From positions 11,373,621 through 11,437,620 of the forward strand of contig NC_068985.1 of assembly GCF_001194135.2 (NCBI RefSeq): DNA of 64,000 bases, given 5' to 3'. The notes under the pieces are model-generated. The model was given only the letters and a program-made list of their open reading frames with translations, did no database searches and had not been told where the DNA came from. Each line of letters starts with the position of its first letter. Positions within the stretch are counted from its first letter, which is position 1. The stretch comes from Octopus bimaculoides (lineage: Eukaryota). A program made the translations under genes and the position numbers. Positions 39,816 through 52,506 of this stretch are shown piece by piece.

Positions 39816-39863
39816 AGAGCCGGAACAAATGTTCTTTTCTACTTTTCGGGCCTTGTGCTTAAT

Positions 39864-40070
39864 GTTCTTTTCTACTCTAAGCACAAGGCCCGAAATTTTG
39901 GTGGAGAGGGCCAGTTGACTAGATCGACCCAGTACGCAACTGCTACTTAATTTATCGATATCGAAAGGATGAAAGCTAAAGTCGACCTCGGTGGAATTTG
40001 AACTCGGAACGTAAAGACAGACGAATTACCACTAAGCATTTCGCCCGGCGTGCTGACGTTTCTGCCACCT
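39864..40070 (-). mobile_element. SINE family F2 monomer, tail-A
   Basis: TTCTTTTCTACTCTAAGCACAAGGCCCGAAATTT...GACGTTTCTGCC. Confidence 0.9.
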
Positions 40071-40096
40071 AATCACCTTATCGGCAAGTGTATATT

Positions 40097-40310
40097 TTTT
40101 TCTACGCTAGGCACAAGGCCCGAAATTCTGGGAGAGGGGGCCAGTCAATTAGATCGACCCCAGTACGCAACTGGTACTTGATTTATCGATATCGAAAGGA
40201 TGAAAGGCAAAGTCGACCTCGGCAGAATTTGAACTCGGAACGTAAAGACAGTCGAAATACCACTAAGCATTTCGCCCGGCGTGCTAAGGTTTCTGCCAGC
40301 TAGCCACCTT
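40097..40310 (-). mobile_element. SINE family F2 monomer, tail-A
   Basis: Same structure as 39864. Confidence 0.9.
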
Positions 40311-41004
40311 GTCTTCTAGTATATATTAGCGCTATTTCACTCAACGCGTTTTATTTTCATCACATAGTCGAAAGACAATCCCTGCATACGAATATCTCAC
40401 AGTTCTTTTCTAATATTATCTGTTATTTATCTTCTTTATTTGTTTCTTACGTTAAATATATATGATTATATTTTTTCCTTTTCTCCTCATAACTCATCTC
40501 TTTGCTCTGGAGACCTCATCTTTTCTTGTTATTGTACTTGTCTCATTTTTTTCTATCGTGTACGTTTATCATATCTACTCATATAATACACAACGGCTAA
40601 TGTTGTTGACACCGACAAATTGAAGAGTAGTATCTGAAGGTGTCGAAATTGTGACATTATCTTGTCGATAACTGCTGAGGGATTTACCATGTCCGTCTAT
40701 ATTGCATGTGCTTTTTCTGTTCTTTTCTCATTTGTTCCTTTGTCACAGCCTGCCACATTCTTATTATATACACATGCAAACATACACACACACACCTACT
40801 CTCTCTCTCTCTGTTTCTCTAACACGCACACACATATATATGCTTATATATGAAGGATGGGAAAGAGAGGACAAATCGAGAGATAGAGACACAAAGGAAG
40901 ATATTTTTTTGTGTCTGAAATATATCAATGCCTATTAATTGAGGAATCACTCATGTTTTAACGCGATTAAATGATCAGCAAAACGTGCTTCGTTACGTGA
41001 ATGT

Positions 41005-41216
41005 TATTTTCTACTCTAGGTACAAGGCCCGAAATTTAGGGGGAGGTGGCCAGTCGATTAATCGACCCCAGTACGCCACTGGTACTTAGTTTATGGATCC
41101 TGAAAGGATGAAAGGCAAAGTCGACCTCGGCGAAATATGAACTCAGTGGTATTTCGTCTGCCGTTACCTTCTAAGCATTTCGCCGGCGTGCTAACGTTTC
41201 TACCAGCTCGCCGCCT
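41005..41216 (-). mobile_element. SINE family F2 monomer, tail-A
   Basis: 15-bp TSD CTTCGTTACGTGAAT at 40988-41002 and 41215-29. Confidence 0.9.
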
Positions 41217-41576
41217 TCGTTACGTGAATTTTACAAACGCTCCATCAGTAACCCAGACAAAATGTAGAAAACGCATATTCAAAAAAGTTGTCTTCGCAGG
41301 AAGATATACCAGCAATTAAAACGAAAAATCGAAAAGATACAAGTATCACGGACAGCAACAAAACATCTCCAAATTTAAAGATCACAATGCACATAAGTAA
41401 GAGTAAACATGACCAATAAACTATATTTGATTTTGTTAAAGAACTAAATATAATCTACTCAAAATAGAGTCTGGGTAATCTTGTTAGTTTGATAATCAAA
41501 TTAATTCTTAATGTTCCATCGTTTCTAGCACTCGAATATTAAGCAAAGCGTCTGAATTTCAATAAACCATACAAGA

Positions 41577-41681
41577 GTGTGAGTGAGTGAGTGAGTGAGT
41601 GAGTGAGTGAGTGAGTGAGTGAGTGAGTGAGTGAGTGAGTGAGTGAGTGAGTGAGTGAGTGAGTGAGTGAGTGAGTGAGTG
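41577..41681. repeat. (GAGT)n microsatellite running into a gap
   Basis: Direct inspection. Confidence 0.95.
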
Positions 41682-41971
41682 NNNNNNNNNNNNNNNNNNN
41701 NNNNNNNNNNNNNNNNNNNNNNNNNNNNNNNNNNNNNNNNNNNNNNNNNNNNNNNNNNNNNNNNNNNNNNNNNNNNNNNNNNNNNNNNNNNNNNNNNNNN
41801 NNNNNNNNNNNNNNNNNNNNNNNNNNNNNNNNNNNNNNNNNNNNNNNNNNNNNNNNNNNNNNNNNNNNNNNNNNNNNNNNNNNNNNNNNNNNNNNNNNNN
41901 NNNNNNNNNNNNNNNNNNNNNNNNNNNNNNNNNNNNNNNNNNNNNNNNNNNNNNNNNNNNNNNNNNNNNNN

Positions 41972-42023
<52 letters not shown>

Positions 42024-42357
42024 CCGGGCGCATAGTCCAGCCATCGCCTGCTAAAACGGCATCCCGACCAAGCCTGTTTGATAAGTGTGGCTCTTGTTGA
42101 ACACTAAGCCAATAGAAAAACAAAACCTGTCAAAGGGCGAATGAACTCAGCAGAGTCAAAGACCACCCTACAGTCGTGCATAAGAGGGCCTTAAGTTTTG
42201 TGTTACACGTCTCTATAGAAGGAAGTTTCGCGTTATTGCGAAGCGGAGGATCTTATTCTTACATGTTGCTGGAATAAGTAAAGGGAAGTCTTAGCTATAT
42301 TCTGCAAGGACAGTGTTTGACATCTTGGATAATATAATTTGTTAGTGATCGTCATAC

Positions 42358-42392
<35 letters not shown>

Positions 42393-42681
42393 CTCTCCAT
42401 ATATANNNNNNNNNNNNNNNNNNNNNNNNNNNNNNNNNNNNNNNNNNNNNNNNNNNNNNNNNNNNNNNNNNNNNNNNNNNNNNNNNNNNNNNNNNNNNNN
42501 NNNNNNNNNNNNNNNNNNNNNNNNNNNNNNNNNNNNNNNNNNNNNNNNNNNNNNNNNNNNNNNNNNNNNNNNNNNNNNNNNNNNNNNNNNNNNNNNNNNN
42601 NNNNNNNNNNNNNNNNNNNNNNNNNNNNNNNNNNNNNNNNNNNNNNNNNNNNNNNNNNNNNNNNNNNNNNNNNNNNNNNNN

Positions 42682-42723
<42 letters not shown>

Positions 42724-44385
42724 CATTGTTTTGAATAAGCAAATTTTCATATTCTCTCTTTAAAAAAGTGGATAGAAAAATAAATGTTTAGAAAATAATT
42801 CTAATCTTTTCGTTTTGGTTTGTGAAGCTGATGTTAATTATAATGAATAATAATCACTGTGTTATGTATGAGTGAGATTAATAATATTGAAACAACTAAA
42901 TTACATCCAAATTCATGAAAAACACACCTTCTCTTAGTTAATTACATATGGTAATTAGATGAAAGCTGATTAAACGTTCTCATCTGGATGGGTTGGAAGA
43001 CCTAATGCAGGTTGCTCGAAATAACACATCATAACGCTTCTACTTTATTTAGTAACAAAACTAATTTGTTTGATAAGGCAGCGTAGCTACATAATCATAA
43101 TATATTTAGCGGGTGTTGGTCAGAAAGAAGATTCATTAAATATATTCTAAATAAGGAATATTTCTAAGTATATGATATCTAAAATCCCTACGCGACAATA
43201 TTAGCAGTCAAACTACACCATAAATAGCTAACGGAGGAAGCATTTCAGTGACATATTATATCCTGTAAATGATTGCTATTTTGAATCTAAGGGCAATAGA
43301 AACGAACAAAAATATTAATAAAACGCAGAATCATAATCGCTTGGAAATATATAAATTAATGTATTAATGTATAAACGTACGTAGCTCCATTTGAGGAACC
43401 ATGTCTATTGTAGTTAATGGGCAAGCGGTACTATGCGGGCGTAGCAGCGATTTGTCTATGATCACTCTTGTTGTCGAGTGACACCTAAATCCCATGTAGA
43501 TGTATGTAACATAGTAGCACAAAGTGTTACAGTTTACAGGTGCGAGTTCTCTCTGAATCTTAGCAAACAATTTCTTTATCTTTTAGTGCTGACGTCAACA
43601 TTCTCGTAGATGTAGATTAATGTGTTACCGCGTACAGCTGTCTTTTTTTCGTAAGATAGATTTTATGATATTTTCATGCGTGGTGTAAAAATTTACTGTG
43701 TTAAAGCGCTCAACATCGGGAAGAAAAAAAATATTTTGAATGTGAGGGCTGGAATAAAATTAAATCGATATTAATGCATTTGATGTACTTCAGCATCTTA
43801 TATAAAATTCCAATATCTAATAAACTAAAAGCCAATAACATAGGGATAAATACTACAGTTGTACAAGTTGAAATTTTTCATGTTCATAAAAATGGAGATA
43901 TATGTTCTGGTGGTAAAACTACAAACGCTTCCGAATCATTTAAATTATGATCAAGTGTTCGAAAGTAGGTCGAAAAGACTCTGTAGAATGTTGCAGAAAA
44001 GGCAACTTAAAGTTTTACTTTACGTATCATGCAACCACCTTTGTCATAGTGGTATGAATTAGAAACTTAAATCTCAAAACCAAAGTCTACGAGAAATTTA
44101 TAAACTTGAGTACAATTTTAAACCAGTAATTCATTTAAAATACACTCACTATCCTCAGCGACTCGCTGAGTACATTTTAGTAATTGCGTGGATGAATCAA
44201 ACACAATATCCCAAAAGATAGTAGCTGATACATTGTTTACAGGCAATAAAATATTGGGATCAAACTTAAATGAGAAAAGAAGGAATGTAATAAATTTAAT
44301 CTTTGCTAATTTGGAGCAATGAACTTATTCTTAGCTAAATTATTGTAAAGTTACCTGTCCCCGCGTTAATATTTTAACACTAGAA

Positions 44386-44591
44386 GGCGGTGAACCGGCA
44401 GAACCGTTAGCAAGCCGGGCAAAATGCTTAGCGGCATTTCGTGTGTCTTTACTTTCTGGGTTCAAATTCCGTCGAGGTCGACTTTGCCTTTCATCCTTTC
44501 GGGATCGATAAATTAAGTACCAGTTACGTACTGGGGTTAGATCTAATCGACTGCCCCTCCCCAAAATTTCGGGCCTTGTAGAAAAAGAATA
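44386..44591 (+). mobile_element. SINE family F2 monomer, tail-A
   Basis: GGCGGTGAACCGGCAGAA head, B-box GGTTCAAATTCC, tail AAAATTTCGGGCCTTGTAGAAAAAGAA. Confidence 0.9.
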
Positions 44592-44606
44592 TCATATTTT
44601 ATCCAA

Positions 44607-44921
44607 GGCGGTGAGCTGGCAGAATCGTTAGCACGCCGGCCGAAATGCTTAGCGGTATTTCGTCTGCTGTGACGTTCTGAGTTCAAATTCCGCCGAGGTC
44701 GACTTTGCCTTTCATCCTTTCGGGGTCGATAAATTAAGTACCAGTTACGCACTGGGATCGATGTAATCGACTTAATCCCTTCGTCTGTCCTTGTTTGTCC
44801 CCTCTATGTTTAGCCCCTTGTGAGCAATAACGAAATAGGTATTTCGTCTGTCTTTACGTTCTGAGTTCAAATTCCCCAAATCCCCCAAAATTTCGGGCCT
44901 TATGCCTGGAGCAGAAAAGAA
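44607..44921 (+). mobile_element. SINE family F2 dimer with internally deleted right monomer
   Basis: Full left monomer with tail-B, junction GCAATAACGAAATAGGTATTTCGTCTGTCTTT, then tail-A. Confidence 0.85.
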
Positions 44922-45169
44922 TATTTTAACACTAGTCATTTTCTTTTGTGCAGAAGGCATATCCAGCTAATCGAAATCTCTTTACTATTCTATTTTTCCA
45001 CCTGTGCCAATGAAAATTATTTGGCATCACCATTATTCACCCATCAAAACTTCGATAAGTACAGGGAAGTCCATGCTTCATTGATGAAGTGATGATAACA
45101 CCGAAGTATAATTATAAATGTCTCGCGTAGTTGCTCAAGTAATTAGAATATTCTTTATCTATGTATTGT

Positions 45170-45549
45170 GGAGGCGCAATGGCCCAGTGGTTAGGACAGC
45201 GGACTCGCGGTCATAGGATCGCGGTTTCGATTCCCAGACCGTGCGTTGTGAGTGTTTCTTGAGCGAAAACACCTAAAGCTCCACGAGGCTCCGGCAGTGG
45301 ATGGTGGCGTACCCTGCTGTATTCTTTCACCACAACTTTCTCTCACTCTTACTTCTTGCTTCTGTTGTACCTGTAATTCAAAGGGTCAGCCTTCTCACAC
45401 TGTGTCACGATGAATATCCCCGAGAACTACGTTAAGGGTACACGTGTCTGTGGAGTGCTCAGCCACTTGCACGTTAATTTCACGAGCAGGCTGTTCCGTT
45501 GATCGGATCAACTGGAACCCTCGACGTCGTAAGTGACGGAGTGCCAACA
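45170..45549 (+). mobile_element. SINE family F3, full-length reference copy
   Basis: A-box TGGCCCAGTGG, B-box GTTTCGATTCC; TSD ATCTATGTATT at 45157-67 and 45550-60. Confidence 0.92.
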
Positions 45550-46563
45550 ATCTATGTATTAATAGTATGTGTACTTACTGTATTAAACATGATATAACTG
45601 ACATAGCTATGTCTCCCATAGTATCCTGATATATACCCCCCGACATTTGGTTGGTGATGTGAGTACGATATCGTTAAACATCGAAATATTACACCAAATA
45701 TAACGGAAGCGATTGCTATAGATCCAATTACATTTCGTTTAAACATTGAATATGTATCTATTTTCTCCAGCATCTTTTGTTACAAACAGCTGCATATTTT
45801 TAGAAACTGTCGTTTTATATCATTGATCTGTTATATATGTGTATTTTATTTTGTATTTTCTTGTTCCCTGACATCAAATAAAAGAATTTATATGGATATA
45901 GGAGAGTTTAACTAGTCTGCTTACTTATACATTTACAACACTCTCATATTCTCGGGTTACAACATTCTGCCACTGCTTAACAACCGTCAATGATTCCCAC
46001 CCACGTTCATTAATTGATGAATGTTCCGTTGTTGTTATTGTTTCATGTTGTTGTTGTTGTTGTCGTCGTCGTTTTGGGGCGTTTCACAGAAGTAAAATAC
46101 TGTCACTGATGTACGAGCTTTTGTCTTCTCAACTTCCGTAGGTGTCTTTTCTCAGTTCAGATTTCAAAACAAATTACCGTCCCTCCTACCACGTGGGTCA
46201 GAAGTGTGCCATTTTACTCAAAAAGAACATTCATTACGAACAAGAAGAAAGCTTTCATCCTTCTTTCCCGAACGCTGTCCAAGTTGATTGTTACATTAAT
46301 TTCCACTCAGTTTATTGATTTAGTTGATATTTCGACTCACTAATTTATCGATTCCGGTAATTTCAACTATGCCAGAATGTAATAAATTTTGTACATTCCT
46401 ATACGTATTCCTTTGGTTTCGTACTTGTAATTACTCCAGTGCAGTTGTCTCTGCCAGCTTAACTGTCCAGAAGGATGATAACAAGTTATAAATCATTGCA
46501 ACAAACATTTATATTATGACTTGACTAAATGTGCATATTGTATGTGTGTGTGTGTGTGTGTGT

Positions 46564-47046
46564 TGGCACTCCGTCGCTTACGACGTCGAGGGTTCCATTT
46601 GATCTGATCAACGGAACAGCCTGCTCATGAAATTAACGTGCATGTAGCTGAGCACTCCACAGACACGTGTACCCTTAACGTAGTTCTCGGAGATATTCAT
46701 CGTGACACAGTGTGACAAGGCTGACCCTTTGAATTACAGGCACAACAGAAACAGGAGGTAAGAGTGAGAAAAAGTTGTGGTGAAAGAGTACAACAGAGTT
46801 CGCCANNNNNNNNNNTGTGACAAGGCTGACCATTTGAATTACAGGCACAACAGAAACAGGAGGTAAGAGTGAGAAAAAGTTGTGGTGAAAGAGTACAACA
46901 GAGTTCGCCACCATCCCCTGCCGGAGCCTCGTGGAGCTTGAGGTGTTTTCGCTCAATAAACACTCACAACGCCCGGTCTGAGATTCGAAACCGCGATCCT
47001 ATGATCGCGATTCCGCTGTCCTAACCACGGGGCCATTGCGCCTCCA
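46564..47046 (-). mobile_element. SINE family F3, full length, with (AC)n tail; apparent 90-bp duplication across a small gap
   Basis: Reverse complement of 45170; the duplication flanks the short N-run at about 46806-14. Confidence 0.88.
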
Positions 47047-47862
47047 CGCATATTGGATAATGAAAGGCAAATCAAACTCGGTTGCTTTTCCTTTTAACAT
47101 ATAAAGGCGCGCTGATCATGACGTTTCGAATACTGAAAATGCTAATTTGGGACATTTATGCTTTGTTTTTTTTTTTGTTTTTTATTGTGGTACTCAACTG
47201 ATTGACTACATATAATTATAGATTCCTTAAATGAATGTAGAATATCAGGAATGATGATTTATATTGTATGTCTTAAAGAAAATCGCCTTAAGCTTTTCAA
47301 CGACCGTGTGTTATGCTAACTGGTGACTATTTGATTATGCACAACTGTTTTAAATACAAACGACCTGACTTGATTTAATGAGAATGTTTTAAACTATTAC
47401 GTATATATTGCATAATTCAAAACTAGAACTTCCTCAATAACCTAAGTCCAAATCTAAACTAACAAAAAGGAAGAGAAAAAAGATGAACGAAACAAGCCGG
47501 ATATTGATATCAAGCTCAAAATTCATTATAAGTAATTTTAGTTATGATAGGTATGTAAGTATCCGAGTAAGTTGACAACGGTTGTAAAATAAATATAAAA
47601 TAACTCTGGAGATAAGACGTTTAGTAATTTTATTTACTGAAGACTAGTTATAAATTGAATGTAAATTAGGGCCAAGGTAGGTAGGTAGGTACTTCCGTAT
47701 TAAACAAGCCGCTTCTGAGGAAATACCATACATACCGTGGTGGTTCGCGAAGGGAAGAGCTTAGGGGTGGATAACGCTTAAACCACCGCCTCTCGTCTAT
47801 ACGTTCTCGAAGTTTAATCCTCTGTTTTACTTGTTTTAGTCACTGGGCTACATTCTGGGTTA

Positions 47863-48049
47863 CATTCAGGTCACTGCCTGGAATCGAACTCGGAATGTTA
47901 GAGTTAGTAGCTCGTGCCCTTAACCACAACGCCATATGCCCGTGCGCAATGGTGGAGTGAATTTTAGGGCTTACAAATCTAATATTTTCCTATCCTTTCC
48001 ATATCTGCGCTAGGTCTACTTAGGAGTTTATTATGTCCTAGTGTATGTG

Positions 48050-48118
<69 letters not shown>

Positions 48119-48332
48119 TATTATTATTATTATTACTATTATTATTATAATCATAACACTGGAAAAATTCCTTAGGAATGAGAATGCAGGTTCGAAATTT
48201 CTCGAAGACACCTGGTGAAGGCTGGAGGGTATATCAGCCGAAACGTTGTGTTAACAACAAACAAGAAGAGGACAAATATCGGTCAAATGTAAATAATGTA
48301 CACAATTCCTCATGTCCCAAATATAGAACTGT
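47863..48332. mobile_element. Second copy of the hammerhead/tRNA-box element, with 5' inversion
   Basis: Inverted A/B-box segment 47863-47945 plus about 105 bp of extra sequence, then (AAT)n/(TTA)n and a plus-strand tail matching 26478-26624, ending AAATATAGAACTGT. Confidence 0.75.
48207..48252 (+). ncRNA. Minimal type-I hammerhead-like motif (core CTGGTGA, one substitution)
   Basis: GACAC CTGGTGA A GGCTG gagggtatat CAGCC GAAAC GTT GTGTT. Confidence 0.6.
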
Positions 48333-49865
48333 ATTAGAAAGGAATTTGTAAAATCTATAGAAAGACGCTTATATTTCTTTCTGGGTCATTATTGTTATGA
48401 CTGGAAATCTTCTTAAACATTGTCATATTTAAGAGTCTTTCTTATATAAGATTATACGAGTGAAATAACTACGTAGGATATTTGCTCGTTCGTTATCAAT
48501 ATCACGAAAGAACCCCCCCCCCCATAATATTCCGCAATATAAAAAGATATACTAACGTTGAATAGAATAAATACAGGTGAATAAAATCTTTCGTACTTAG
48601 TGTCGAATTATGGGATTAGTCTTACTTTCAAGCGTCTTTATTTCGATCGCTTGCTTTCGCATTGTGTTTTGTATTCCTTTACAATTACTTCGCAACATCG
48701 ACGTTACATTTCTGGTTACGCCCTTGCGCTTAAGTGATTTATTTATGTCTTAATTGACTGATTAACTGCATCAACACAAGAATACCATATATGTTAGCGG
48801 GTCATTGGTCAGAAGGTAATATTTCTACATCCACAAATACAACAACGAACAAAAAAAAATGTAAAAGGAAATAAATCTACCCTAAAGCAAAACGTGCAAT
48901 GTCAAAAAGCTGGAATTTAACCCATTGTTTTTGTCCGTCTATTCTGATTTGTTTGTATTTATTTATGTATTTGAAGCATTTTTCTCTTGATAAGAAACTG
49001 CTTTGAAGAGAAGACAGTAATATATTATTTACATAAATAGCTTCAACGGGCTTAGTTCATGGTTGAATCGTCTTTGTTTAGTTATGTACTGTATCAACTG
49101 TTAAGTATATGTTGAAAAGAGGGAAGCGAGATTTTTGCCTTACTGACTTCATTACACAGGCGTCAATGACATTATAGACGGGCTGATACAAGCTACATAC
49201 ACATACACACTTTGGATTTTTCTGCTATCATCTGTAAGTCACCCTAAAGAAGAGGTCATTTCTTTTGATAACACTATTAAAATATTGCTATATAAATTCG
49301 TTTTTGTTGTGTTGAGCAACCGTCTTCTTGAATAATTGACAAACAAGTCAATATATTAAAAAAATGTTGACTTCTATGCTGTTGTTACTGTAATATCTTT
49401 TTCTCCGTGTCACCGATATTAAAAATAACTACTGTAATAATCACAGAGATATTTTAATACAGATTAAAACTGAAAGAAGTCCAAGGTGTCTACGCTCGAT
49501 AAAAGATCGCAAGTGGAACTCTTCCAAAGGTGAAGATTAATTCAATCCTCGCAGCTCCACTCAGGCGAAGTGTACAGGATAAGGGGAGAAACGCTTGTGA
49601 TTCTGAGATACCTGCTAACGATAAGGAAAAGTTCCAGCATTGCAATGGATTTAGAAAACCTCACAAAATCTCTGCGTAGGGCAAACAACCACGGATGTTT
49701 ATTTCACCCAAATTCACCCTGTTGTAGCTCAGATTCATTTGCTGTCGTTTAGATCCTCGTCAGCTTTCATTGCTGCTTCGGAATTTTTTTAAGACAGTAG
49801 AAGTAGAATGCGATTTATTTAAGGGAAATTTGTTGCTATTCGAGCAAGTTACTTTCTCTTTCATC

Positions 49866-50050
49866 TTTTTTACTTCTTTCAGGTATTTGACTGCGGCCAT
49901 GCTGCAGCACCCCCTTTAGTCGAGCAAATCGACCCCCAGGACCTATTCTTTGTAAGCCTAGTACTTATTCTATCGGTCTCTTTAGTCGAACCGCTAAGTT
50001 ACGGGGTCGTAAACACAGCAGCATCGGTTGTCAAGCGATGCTGGTTGGGG
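49866..50050 (-). mobile_element. SINE family F1 tail, interrupted by a gap at its internal microsatellite
   Basis: TTTGACTGCGGCCATGCTG...CATCGGTTGTCAAGCGATG, then N-run. Confidence 0.88.
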
Positions 50051-50320
50051 NNNNNNNNNNNNNNNNNNNNNNNNNNNNNNNNNNNNNNNNNNNNNNNNNN
50101 NNNNNNNNNNNNNNNNNNNNNNNNNNNNNNNNNNNNNNNNNNNNNNNNNNNNNNNNNNNNNNNNNNNNNNNNNNNNNNNNNNNNNNNNNNNNNNNNNNNN
50201 NNNNNNNNNNNNNNNNNNNNNNNNNNNNNNNNNNNNNNNNNNNNNNNNNNNNNNNNNNNNNNNNNNNNNNNNNNNNNNNNNNNNNNNNNNNNNNNNNNNN
50301 NNNNNNNNNNNNNNNNNNNN

Positions 50321-50360
<40 letters not shown>

Positions 50361-50790
50361 TCATGTATATATGGTTTAATTACACACAAGCATAGAATAG
50401 CAGGCCAACAACAGCACATTACGTTGAAGTATTTGACTAATTTCGTTCTGCATATGTAAGGGTGCATCTTACCCGAAATACTGTAGGAATGTTAAATGAT
50501 CAATATAATCTAATGAAATATTTCCCTTTGTTTTTATTTATTGATAACAACTTACATATTTCTCACTTTAATTAATCAAATGATTTTTTCAGATATACCA
50601 TTTATAGCACTCTTTTATAGAAACTGATGTCTATTAATATGCTATGGAGACAATAGGCTTTCGTAATGACTTCAGAAAATGCATTAATGTTTTACTCGTA
50701 GATATATTTTGCATGGATATAGGATGCGATAGTCACATGTAGGATTTAAGTAAACAAAAAGGAAACAAGCGAGAGAGAGAGAGAGAGAGA

Positions 50791-50830
<40 letters not shown>

Positions 50831-50840
50831 NNNNNNNNNN

Positions 50841-50885
<45 letters not shown>

Positions 50886-51017
50886 GTAGAAGTAAGAGAT
50901 AAGAATTTCAACATTGATGCTAATCGCTCTCATTTAACTTCACGGCAATCGGTGCTCAACATCGATAATGAGGATTATGGTGATGATGATGACAAAAATG
51001 ACGACGACGATAACGAC

Positions 51018-51775
51018 GAGAAGGAGGAGGAGAAAAAGAATAGAAGAAGAAGAAGAAGAAGAAGAAGAAGAAGAGAAGATGAAGAAGAATAGAAGATGAA
51101 GAAGAAGAAGAATAAGAGATGAAGAAGAAGAAGGAAGAGGAAAGAAGACAATAAGAAAAAGAAGAATAAGAAAAAGAAGAAAAGGAGGAAGAAGAAAGAA
51201 GAGAAAAAGGAGGAGAGGAGAAGAAGGAGAAAAAAAGAAAAAGAAGAAGAAGAAGAGAAGATGAAGAAGAAGAAGAAGAAGAAGAAGAAGAAGAAGAGAT
51301 GAAGAAGAGATGAAGAAGAAGAAGAAGATGGAGGAGAAAAAGAAGAAGAAGGAAGAGGAAAGAAGACAAGAAGAAAAAGAAGAAAAGGAGGAAAAGGAAG
51401 AAGAATAAGGAAGAGGAAAGAAGACAAGAAGAAAAAGAAGAAAAGGAGGAAGAGGAAGAAGAAAGAAGAGAAAAAGGAGGAGAGGAGAAGGAGAAAAAAG
51501 AAAAAGAAGAAGAAGAGAAGATGAAGAAGAAGAAGAAGAAGAAGAAGAAGAGATGAAGAAGAGGTGAAGAAGAAGAAGAAGATGGAGGAGAAAAAGAAGA
51601 AGAAGAAGGAAGAGGAAAGAAGACAAGAAGAAAAAGAAGAAAAGGAGGAAGAGGAAGAAGAAAGAAGAGAAAAAGGAGGAGAGGAGAAGAATGAGAAAAA
51701 AAGAAAAAGAAGAAAAAGGAGAAGGAGGAGGAGGGGAAGAAGAAGTAGAAGAAGAAGAAGAACAACAACAACAAC
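51018..51775. repeat. Purine-only (GAA/GGA/GAT) degenerate array with higher-order repeats
   Basis: Landmark GAGAAAAAGGAGGAGAGGAGAAG recurs at about 51201, 51468 and 51667. Confidence 0.9.
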
Positions 51776-51984
51776 GAAACAGAAATAAAGACATTGAGCA
51801 TCGTCAGAAGGATTTGTGGAGCGAGTGAGAGAGCCATGTAGAGATACGTGTGCAATACCCAGGTACATTGAGCTGCAAATCTGCGTATTGGAAGTGAGGG
51901 CTTTTGTGTACGTGTGTTCGTTCGTTTGTAGGCGGATGTATGGCAGCGTGATATGGTTATATATATATGTGTGTATATGCATGT

Positions 51985-52290
51985 ACACACAAACACACAC
52001 ACACACACACACACACACTCATGCATACGGACATGACACATACACACCATACACACACCACATACACACGCCACATACACACACTCATGCACACGCACGC
52101 GAAATATACACACCATACACACACCACACTACATACACACACACACGACACACACACACACACGACACACCACACACACACACCACACATACATCACACA
52201 CCACACACATGCACACACCACACCCACCACACACACATGTCACATAACACACACCAAATACACACATAGACACATATACACACAGGCACA
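51985..52290. repeat. Degenerate (AC)n-rich tract
   Basis: Direct inspection. Confidence 0.9.
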
Positions 52291-52300
52291 TATATATATA

Positions 52301-52461
52301 GGCAGAGGTGTGGCTATGTGGTAGGAAGGTTACTTCGCAACCGCTTGCCTCCGTGTTCAGTCGCATATGGTGGCACCTTGGGCAATTCCCTTCTGATATA
52401 GCCTCGGGTCTACCAAAGCCTTCTGAGTGCATTTTATAGACAGAAACTTAAAGAAGCCTAT

Positions 52462-52506
<45 letters not shown>

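Noticed and set aside
46715-46905. About 90-bp tandem duplication inside an F3 SINE
   Set aside because: Near-identical copies directly flank a short placeholder N-run, typical of unmerged overlapping contig ends.
50940-52122. 284-388 aa minus-strand S/F/L-rich ORFs and the K/E-rich plus ORF
   Set aside because: Translation of the GAA-type array; frequent frameshifts between repeat blocks and no domain or splice support.
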